DNA from: Felis catus
Lineage: Eukaryota
Length of the DNA: 64,000 nt
Assembly (NCBI RefSeq): GCF_018350175.1
Contig: NC_058368.1
Location: 141,982,001 to 142,046,000, forward strand
Direction: 5' to 3'
Shown: positions 54,782-64,000 of the stretch, piece by piece
Layout: each line of letters opens with the position of its first letter
Position numbering within the stretch: the stretch's first letter is position 1
Position numbers and translations under genes: made by a program
Notes under the pieces: model-generated
What the model saw: the letters and a program-made list of their open reading frames with translations, nothing else
The model's database searches: none
Told to the model about the DNA's origin: nothing

Positions 54782-54937
54782 CGCTGCATTCCTACTCTGA
54801 AGTAAAGGCTTTGTATTCCGAATTAAAAGTCTATGGTCTGGATCCATAGTATATGACTTCTTCCTTTTGTCAGTCTTTTCCTTCTGGTCATCATCAGAGT
54901 CATAGAAATTCTTTTCATCGTCTTCTAAACCGTCTTC
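54782..54937 (-). CDS. AP3B1: AP3B1 internal exon (~exon 8), 156 nt: [52 protein letters not shown]
   Basis: Manual translation matches AP-3 beta-1 ([22 protein letters not shown]). Acceptor ttcttatAG, donor GTatgt, phase 0/0. Confidence 0.95.
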
Positions 54938-55639
54938 CTATAAGAAACAAATAAAACTTTCTTTTTACCATCTACTCTAGTATTTTACTGAAGAATATTA
55001 CTGTTAAAGAGATTTGAAAATACTATGCTACCTGTATAAAAGAAAGGCCTTGCTTTTTATAACAATGTAACTGTCTTTTAGTGCCATAGATAATACTTCT
55101 TTTATATTACATAGTAATACTTCTTTTATATTACATAGTAAACCTCTGAAAATATTAAATCCTCACAGATATATCTATAGCTGACCAAAGGCAAAACTTG
55201 AACATGAGACTCTAACAAAGCTTATAAGATGAGACTACCTAAAACCTGAAAACTATTTCCATGCATTATCAGTCAGTGTATAACTGGATCAAAGGGTCAG
55301 AGTAAAGAGAAGTGTTTCAACTGCAGCACACACAAAAGAAATCGCAATAAAACTTGACAGGTTAAAAACGAGTGATTAAGTAGCAAGTCTCTGTGTTGTC
55401 AGGAAAAACTCTGTTTGATACCTATATATATCCAGGGGTTGATTCTATATTTTTGACTTGTACTTTTAATTTGCATGCATTAGTGTCTCTGCCAATAAAA
55501 TCTGCCTAGAGGCATTTAGTCTTAAAAACAAACAAGCAAACAAAAAGCATACAAAGACAATAATATCCACCTCGATCTAAGCCGACGATTGTTTACAGGT
55601 AATTTTTATTATCAAGTACTACCTGAAACACACTTTCTA

Positions 55640-57316
55640 CTGTTCAAAGATGGGAGTAGATGTACTTTTTCCTATTCCTCTCACTATGTACAACTAGAAA
55701 CTGGAGATGTTACATATGAAACAAACTTAAGCAGGGAAAGGAAGAGAGAAGAAGGACTAGATATGGACCCCATGACCCAAAGAATGAAACAACAGTAAGT
55801 TCCTTGGATTTTCATTTTTAGTCATATATCAAAGAAGCTGAGTGCTAGAGAAGCTGATAACCCAAAAACGCCAAGCACAGATGAAACAAACCCTCCAAAA
55901 GCCTACTGTCTGTAGCCAAAGGACCAAGAAAAAGAAAACCTAGCACGACAAAATTTTTCAGAAAATAACTGCTCTCGTACAGCTACCGATAGACGGGGAA
56001 AAAAAACTAAGGCCTCATTCCCACCCCTACTGGCAAAGGGTGATGTGGGAGCTTCCCCAGCTGTAATGAGATGCCTCAATCAACCCACTGGGGTGATGTC
56101 AGAAAAGGCCTCCACAGCCCAAGACTTTAATCTCCACCAGGAGATAACAAGGCATCCCCATGGTGTCAATAAAGACAAAGCAGGTTACTTGCATATCTAA
56201 GTCCTCCCATCAAGAACAAAGTGACCTCAACCCTCCCTATTGAGCTAGTGTAAGAAAATACTGAGGACACTCAAGACTTATAGCACCACCAGCCAGTGGT
56301 AACAAGGACACTATCCCAGGAAACATGGGGAACAACGAGGCATTTCTATCCCTGCCCACCTGAGAGCAATCAGGAGAGAATTAGTAAGCACCCAGAAATC
56401 CCCCATTTACCCACAGTAACAGCGAGTGCAACCTCCCCGAGGTATCAATGGAGGCTGAGTGGGGAACCTGGACTGCTACCATGATTGGCAGTAAGAAGGC
56501 GGCATGCACTCCACCTTTCCTTAATGAAACAGTATCAAACAAACCCAGCTAAAACAGAAGATCTGAATAAGATCCAGAATCTCATGATATTCAAAATGCC
56601 CAGGTTTCAATAAAAATTATTCATCATTCCAAGAACCAGGAAGATCTCAAACTGGATGAAAAAAGATAACCAGTAGAAGCCAACACTAAAATGATAGGAA
56701 TATTAGAATGATCTGATTAAAATTCTAAAGCAGCCATCATAAAAATGCTTTAATGAGCAACGAGGAACATTCCTGAAACAAATGAAAAAACAGAAAGTCT
56801 TAGCAAAGAGTTAAAATCTGAAGAAACAGAATATATAAAGATCTCACGGTTGGTGAAATCAAGCCCCATGTCGGGCTTTGTGCTGACAGCGTGGAGCCTG
56901 CTTGGGATTCTCTCTCTCTCCCTCTCTAAAAATAAATAAACAAACTTTAAAAAAGAAAAACACAAGAATCAAAATTAAACAATGACTACAATCAAAAGCA
57001 GAATTAAGGGAAAAAACGAACCATCAGTGAACTCAAACATAATGAAATAGAAACTGCCCAATCTGAACAACAGCGAAAAAACAGACTGAGGACAAAGAAA
57101 AAAACAAAAACAAAACTTAAAAACAACTTTGGGGACCTAGGGAACTATAACAAAATAACATCTCTTGTCATCTGAATCTTGGAAACAGAAGAAAAAGCGT
57201 GGGGCTGAAAAAGTACTCTGAGAAACAATGGCTGTCTGCTTTGGATTCTGTGTCTCCCTCTCTCTGCCCCTCCTCTGCACACTGTCTCTGTCTCTCTCAA
57301 AGATAAATAAACCTGA

Positions 57317-57388
<72 letters not shown>

Positions 57389-57600
57389 AGAAAGAAAGGC
57401 TGAAAAAGTACTCTAAGAAATAATGGCTGGAAAATTCCTACATTTGGCAAAAGAAGTAAAACTACAGATTGAATAAGGTCAGTAAACCTTAAGTAAGGCG
57501 GACATAAATCCATAACAAGACATATTAAGTCAAACTTCTGAAAACTAAAGACAAAGAAAAAAATCTGGAAAGCAGTAATATAGAAATGACACTGGAAAGG
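55640..57600 (+). mobile_element. Ancient L1M 5'UTR/ORF1-region fragment containing two truncated SINEs
   Basis: A-rich L1 ORF1-like sequence (aagcagccatcataaaaatgct; aaacttctgaaaactaaagacaaagaaaaaatctggaaagcag). Confidence 0.6.
57315..57397. repeat. (GAAA)~20 tetranucleotide microsatellite derived from a SINE tail
   Basis: Read directly from the sequence, with one GAA interruption. Confidence 0.97.
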
Positions 57601-58359
57601 ATGAGGTAATGAATCAGAGTGATTAGTGATAAGGATGAAAATGTCAGATAGGTTTAATAACTACTCAGAGGCTGAAATCAACAGGATGCACTGAGTGAAT
57701 GTGAAGGAATAGAAACACTTAATGAGGATGCCCCAAATTCCTAGCTGGGATAACCAAGCAGATCATGATGCTACCAGGTAAGCTAACCTTGTCCAGGAGG
57801 GAAACAGTCTCTCTCTTTTTCAAGGCTGCTTGCTATATAAACATCCTTAAAATATAGTCCAAAATAAAACATACCAATGCTTTTTACTCAGATGAGCTGT
57901 AAAAATGAGGAAAACTCATGAAGGACCATCTCCTAGAAATTTCTTTTGTTCATGACTAACCTGCTTCTATTCTTCCAAGTGAATGTTCTTTCTGTAAATT
58001 CACAAATTCCCCGCGGCAAAAGAAAATGTGTAATTTTTGTGATCTCTAATCATTTTTACTTTAACATGGCAAAACAGTTTTTAAAAGCTATGTAGTTAAG
58101 TAAAGAGTTCCTAAACTTGACACCAAAAGCACAGTCCATAACAGAGAACATTTGGATCTCATCAAAATTAAAAACTCTTACTCCATGAAAAACCCTCTAA
58201 AGAAGAATAAAAAAATTCTAGACCGGCAGAAAGTATCTGCAACCACATATATGACAAAGAACTAGTATCCAGAATATAAAGACAACTCCTAAAACTCAAC
58301 AGTAAGACAAAAAAACAAAAACCCACAATGAATTCAATTTAAAAAGGGGCAAAAGGTAT

Positions 58360-58744
58360 TGTTATGGACTGAACTGTACTTCTCACCCTCCAAATTCACA
58401 TGTCAAAGACCTCATTCTGGAAGTGACTATACATTAAACTAGGGCCTTTAAAGGAGTAATTAAGTGTAACTGAGACCATCTGGGTGAGACCCTAATCCAA
58501 TAGGACTGGTATCCTTATAAGAAGACACCAATGGTGGCACAGAGAAAAAACAAATGTGAGTACATAGTAACAAGACAGCCATCTGCAAGCCAAAGAGAGA
58601 TGCCTCAGGAGAAACCAAACTTGCCAACACCTTGATCTTTAACTTCCAGCCTCCTAGAACAACTATGAGAATGTGAGCAATAAATGGATTCATCAAGTCA
58701 CCCAGTCTGGTATTTTGTTATGTCAGATCTAGCAAACTAATACA
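58360..58744 (+). mobile_element. MaLR solo LTR (MLT1A-like) inserted in an old L1 fragment (~58085-58760)
   Basis: tgttatggactgaa start, ccctaatccaataggactggt.tccttataagaaga core, actaataca end. Confidence 0.85.
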
Positions 58745-58837
58745 GACATCAACAAAGAACTCTTTGGAAACAAAAGGAGTTTTTTTTTTTAAATACCCAC
58801 CTTCAAAAGTAAACTAGAAATTATAACATTATCTGTA

Positions 58838-59028
58838 CTTCCCTAATGATAAGCACTGCTGAGCATCTTTTCATGTGTCTGTTAACCATCTGGATGTCTT
58901 CTTTGGAAAAGTGTCTATTTGTGTCTTCTGCCCGTTACTTAACTGAGTTTGCAGGTATGTCGTTTGCAAATATCTTCTCCCATTCCACAGACTGCCTTTT
59001 AGTTTTGTTGACTGTTTACTTCACTATT
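58838..59028 (-). mobile_element. L1 ORF2 fragment
   Basis: ORF 58846..59031 ([20 protein letters not shown]) is the typical antisense reading of L1 ORF2. Confidence 0.8.
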
Positions 59029-59056
59029 TGAATGCACAATTCAAAATAAACTACTT

Positions 59057-59376
59057 CAAGTTGACCCTTGAACAACATGGGGTTTAATGACCCACACACA
59101 GTTGAAAATCTGAGTATAATTTTTGACTCCCAAAACACGTCACTACCAATAGCCTACTGTTAATTGAAGCCTTATTGATAACATAAACAATCAATTAACA
59201 TATACTTTGTATATGTATTACATACTGTATTCTTACAATAAAGTTAACTATATAAAAGAAAATGTTAAGAAAATCATAAGAGAAAATACACATACAGGAC
59301 TGAACTACAGTTACTGAAAAATACCTATGTATTAATTGACCTGCATGGTTCAACCTGTGTTGTTTGAGAGTCAATT
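59057..59376. mobile_element. Second Tigger2-derived element, in opposite orientation to the 24.7-kb copy
   Basis: Terminal inverted repeats agttgacccttgaacaac / gttgtttgagagtcaatt. The internal sequence is reverse-complementary to 24696-25040. Confidence 0.75.
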
Positions 59377-59450
59377 TTACTTCTCTCCCAGTCCTTTAAA
59401 AGAGAGGAAAATAAAAAAAAAAGAGAGAGGACTGTAATTGAAATAAGTAC

Positions 59451-60076
59451 TCTTTTTTTAAATTTTCATTTATTTTACGCAGAATTTACTCCTGGTACCT
59501 AAGTTTTTGTTTCTTCAGTTTCTTCTGGGGTGTCTTTTTCTTCTGCACAACTTCCTCTTCTGGTGTAGAAACAATCTGATCTTTTATAGTAAATATCATG
59601 TCAATGTGGAAGGGACAGCTCATGTATGGGTTAATCTGACCATGAGCCCTGTAAGTTCTATGTTGCATCTTGGGGACTTTGTTCACCTGGATGTGTTCAA
59701 TGACCAGAGAATCTATACTTAAACCCTTAAGCTCAGCAATACTCTGCATTTTTAAGCATGTGCAGTAAAAATTATAGCACTCTTTTTAAGCCAGCAACCC
59801 TGTTCCAGCCCCACTATTTTTGGCCTGGGCACACCTACCAACTCCATCATCGTAGTGATGGAATGGCACACATTGCTTCTGTGAAGTGATATTTTTCAGA
59901 TACTTGGTGGCTTTTTGGATATGCATACCCTTGATGACCTGGGTAGTTTCATGTGTGTTCTTAAAGTGAACACGAAGACTTGAATCTCTTGATCTGCATG
60001 ACTTTGTAGGGTTTTCTGGGTAAAGTGAAAAGTGAATGATTTTCAGTAATCACCTCAGGCCACTTATAGAAAGAGG
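59451..60076 (-). pseudogene. RPL17: Processed pseudogene of ribosomal protein L17 (uL22)
   Basis: ORF 59486..59749 resembles the RPL17 C-terminus ([34 protein letters not shown]). Intronless, with a 5' pyrimidine tract at 60076, start codon changed to ATC (60038-60040), frameshifts and a stop near 59770-59825, AATAAA at ~59469-59474 and a short A tail. Confidence 0.93.
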
Positions 60077-60338
60077 TGATACACTCTTAAATCAAGGCCA
60101 GACTTGAATGACTATTCCTTTATGGAGCTCCCAGCCAAACCAGTTCTGTTAAGTGCATTAGTAAACTAATATAATGATACCCAAATAATCATGTCCTCTA
60201 AGCATAAGCACTCACCTACCATCTTTAGTCAACTTTAATCAAACGTTCAAGCTCTACTTGAAATTGATACATGATGAAAATGCTGTATTAACACCCTCTA
60301 GCTACCAAAATCCTCATGCACATAAAAAGCTGCTTTCA

Positions 60339-60562
60339 GGGGCGCCTGGGTGGCGTAGTCGGTTAAGCGTCCGACTTCAGCCAGGTCACGATCTCGCGGT
60401 CCGGGAGTTCGAGCCCCGCGTCGGGCTCTGCGCTGATGGCTCAGAGCCTGGAGCCTGTTTCTGATTCTGTGTCTCCCTCTCTCTCTGCCCCTCCCCCATT
60501 CATGCTCTGTCTCTCTCTGTCCCAAAAAATAAATAAACGTTGAAAAAAAAAATTAAAAAAAA
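60339..60562 (+). mobile_element. Young Can-SINE (SINEC_Fc)
   Basis: TSD AAAAAGCTGCTTTCA (60324-60338 / 60563-60577). Confidence 0.95.
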
Positions 60563-63500
60563 AAAAAGCTGCTTTCACTAAGTATTTACTCATTTCATGT
60601 CTTCTTCATTATTAACACAGTTTATTAAAGTTCAATTATATTATTTTAATAAAAGACATATTTGCATCGCTCAATTAATAAATGAAGGGCTGATGTTTTT
60701 ATGAGGTTAATGAACAAGACAGGGCTTCCACACAGAATGGGAACCAATCTCTAATAATTTATATCTGCATCTGTGCTGCTGCTGGCTATATTTTCACAGG
60801 TTTTCAATCCATCAGAAGAGACATTAGCCCAAACAGAATGGAAGCTAGGTGCATACAACCAAAATGGGTATATACTACATCACACCACTTCTCTAACAGT
60901 GCTGGCTCTATGACCATGCCAAATTACTTGACCTCTCCTTGTCTTCATTTACTTGTCTATAAAAGGGAATAAAAGAATATCTGTCATAAAAGTGTTTATA
61001 AAGATTGATTCGTTTAGTGGAGATTTACAAGGCACACAATGCCTTGTGCATATGAAATACTCAAATAGTAGCTATTACCACTGTTTTAATTAACAAATTT
61101 TCTTTCTGGTGGCACTTGGGTGGCTCAGTTGATCAAGCAACTGACTTCAGCTCAGGTCATGATCTCGCGGTTCATGAGTTTAAGCCCCAGACTGGGCTCA
61201 CTGTTGTCAGCCTAGAGACCCCTTTGCATCCTCTGTGCCCCTGCTCTCTCTGCCCCTTCCCCCACCTCAAAAAACATTTTTAAATTAAAAAAATAAAACA
61301 AAAAGAAATTTTCTTTCTAGAAACCACATAAAAAAAAAACCATTAGGGGCGCCTGGGTGGCTCAGTCAGTTAAGCGTCCGACTTCAGCTTAGGTCACGAT
61401 CTCGTGGTCCGTGAGTTGGAGCCCCGCGTCGGGCTCTGGGCTGATGGCTTGGAGCCTGGAGCCTGCTTCCGATTCTGTGTCTCCCTCTCTCTCTGCCCCT
61501 CCCCCGTTCATGCTCTGTCTCTCTCTGTCTCAAAAATAAATAAACGTTAAAAAAATTTTTAAAAAAACCCATTATCCTCAAATCAAATATCCCAACTTGC
61601 CAAATATAAAGAAAACTTTATCTCCAAAATTTCCCTCAGAAAAGAAACTGTCTTGTATTTGAGAATTTACAAATATAACATAAAGCTCTTGTGCAATGCT
61701 TCATTTTGACCATGATGTACTATTTGGAGAATTCATTACAGTGAAATAATTTTAATCAATGCTAGGTATAGATACTTAAAAGAAGTCCCAAATTCTGGTG
61801 ACAAAAATTTCATCATAAATAAAGTCTTTAAAGATCACTTTTTAAGTTTATTTATTTATTTTAAGAGTGAGTGCACATGAGCAGGAGTGGGGCAGAGAAA
61901 GACCGAAGGAGAGAGAGAATCCCAAGCAGGCTGCCAGCACACAGCCCAAAGTGTTTAATCTCACGAACCATTAGATCATGATCTGAGCTGAAATCAATTG
62001 TAGGATGCTTAACTGACTGAGCCACCTAGGTGCCCCTAAAGATCACTTTTTTAAAACAGGTAATACAGGATTATAGAGTTCTGCTTCTAGTAATGGCTGA
62101 ATAGGCAATATGAAACAAACCCTTCTAGTAAGAACTAGAAAAGCTAGGGTGAAAACATGAAACATATCTGAAGGTACTAACAAGCTAAAAGAAAGGGATG
62201 AATTATGTAGGCAAGACCCAGAAGTAGTAAACATAGAAATCCAAATGAGAATTGCAATTGCTTTCCCCTAAAACCATATAAACACATGCTATTACCTAAT
62301 AGGAGGCTGAGAGGCCTAGAATCTGAGTAGAGTTTTCAGAAGACTCACAAAAATACAGAAACAAAAACTGGATGTCAAGATCCCCCCAAAAGCAAAGTCC
62401 TAATAACTCTCCCAACTCTTTAGTTTAAAAGCCTGAGAGTCTTAAAAATTAATTAATTAATTAAAATAAGCTAAATAAATAAATAAACAAATAAAAGCCT
62501 GAGAGTCTTTTAGAGAATAAAGATGCTAAAATTAATGCCCAGTTTTTAATTATTGCAATCCATAACTTAAATGATAAAGTAAATCAGATTGTTGATACCC
62601 TTACCCAGTAGTAGTCTGCAAGCAAACCAAAATTCATCATCTAAAGCTTCAAATTAGTTCAACAATTTTCATAAAGTAAAGAAGGAAAAGGAGGAAGGAA
62701 GAAAAGACAATGTCATTCAGGGTAAAGATTCTGTTTCCATTTCAAAAGGCAAACATGATATTAAGTAAAAAGTGGGGGGAGGGGCGCGCCTCGGTGGCAC
62801 AGTCGGTTAAGTGGCCGACTTCGGCTCAGGTCATGATTTCACGGTCCGCGAGTTCAAGCCCTGCGTTGGGCTCTGTGCTGACAGCTCAGAGCCTGGAGCC
62901 TATTTCAGATTCTGTGTCTCCCTCTCTCTGACCCTCCCCCATTCATGCTCTGTCTCTCTCTGTCTCAAAAATAAATAAACGCTTAAAAAAAAAAAAAAGT
63001 GGGGAAAGAGGGGCTTCTGAAATACATTTGTAATTTCCATTTCTTAATTTCTTTCTTTATTCCCTGATAAAGCCATTTGCTTCTGCCACATGTACATCAC
63101 ATATTTCTACTTCAATAAAAACTTTTAAGGGGCAGCTGGGTGGCTCAGTAGGTTAAATGTTTGACTTAGGCTCAGGTCATGATCTCACAGTTTGTGAGTT
63201 CAATCTACGTAGGACTCTGGGCTGACAGCTCAGAGCCTGAAGCCTGCTTCAGATTCTGTATCTCTCTCTTTCTCTGTCCCTCCCCCACTCGCACTTGGTC
63301 TGTCTCCTAAGTAAACATTAAAAAAATACAAACTTTTAAAAATATGCATATAAGAAAAGACACAATGATGTGAATATAAATCAAGAAAAAATATAAAAAC
63401 AGAGGAGCACCTGGGTGACTCAGATGGTTGAGCATCTGACTCTTGATTTTGGCTCAGGTCATGATCTCATGGTTCCTGAGTTCGAGCCCCTTGTCGGGCT

Positions 63501-64000
63501 CTGTGCTGACAGCACGGAGCCTGCTTGGAATTCTCTGTCTGTGTCTTTTTCTGCCCCATCCCTGCTCACACTTGCATTCCCTCTCTCTTCCTCTCTCTCA
63601 AAATAAATAAAAAATGTTAAAAATAAAATAAAATAAATAAATAACAGAGAAGAGAGAAAACGGAGATAATAGACAAAAATTTAACATGGTTATAAAATAA
63701 CTATGGATAATACGTTCAAGAAATTAAGTGAATAAGACCGAGAGTCTGAAAAGAAATTCAACACAGTTATCTTTTATAGAAAAATGAAATTCACTTTTTA
63801 ATATCATTATGACATAAGGTGTTACAACTTCAGCAACTACTTGTAGAGTTAATACAGCAATCTTTTGAAATCTGACTAACTTTACATTTGTCATAATTTC
63901 AACAGATCAGAAAGAGGAAAATTTGTGCTTAGAGATAACAGCCCAGATAATAAACTTTAAATATTTCCATGCATATTTGAAAGCAGTACTTAGAAATATT

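Larger units (their letters stand above)
5715..62036 (-). mobile_element. Other dispersed - strand Can-SINEs (approximate): 5718-5930, 8755-8967, 17232-17456, 44445-44558, 44570-44702, 46830-47027, 48465-48687, 61840-62036
   Basis: Reverse-complement SINE bodies ending in variants of ...GAGCCACCCAGG(C/T)GCCCC. Example TSDs: TGGAGACACAATCTT (17217 / 17457) and TAAAGATCACTTTTT. Confidence 0.88.
1..63640 (+). mobile_element. Other dispersed + strand Can-SINEs (approximate starts): 1, 1538 (short form), 5105, 11576, 15774, 16541, 20317 and 20537 (tandem), 23057, 30189, 41556, 41803, 44005, 47458 and 47712 (tandem), 52365, 56840 (truncated), 57235 (truncated), 61109, 61346, 62781, 63128, 63404
   Basis: Each shows the GG(G)C(A/G)CCTGGGTGGCTCAGT head and/or a CT-rich tract and AAATAAA tail. 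Several have visible TSDs. Confidence 0.88.

Noticed and set aside
1..64000. CRISPR arrays, operons or other prokaryote-type systems
   Set aside because: This is eukaryotic intron-exon DNA. The dispersed repeats are retroposons with TSDs, not regularly spaced repeat-spacer arrays.

Overview
Mammalian genomic DNA, almost certainly a felid, judged from the many Can-SINE copies of the feline SINEC_Fc type and the carnivore L1 3' ends. The whole window lies inside AP3B1 (AP-3 complex subunit beta-1) on the minus strand. I traced twelve consecutive internal coding exons, numbered 8-19 from my recollection of the human gene. They total 1454 nt, all have GT-AG boundaries and they keep one open frame. 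The introns hold about 38 Can-SINEs, four young 5'-truncated L1s with target-site duplications (TSDs), older L1M fragments, MaLR/ERVL LTRs, Tigger/MER DNA transposons and a full-length processed RPL17 pseudogene. I found no new gene system. The most interesting signals are: a tailless 26-nt U6 snRNA retro-insertion with a perfect TSD; a probable L1 3' transduction; a poly(A)-only insertion; a SINE with a 32-bp flanking duplication; a microsatellite hotspot shared by four L1 copies, one forming a 49-bp perfect hairpin; closely spaced inverted SINE and L1 pairs; and a non-repeat enhancer-like island rich in TALE/homeodomain motifs. Repeat family names come from recognition by eye, not from a database search.
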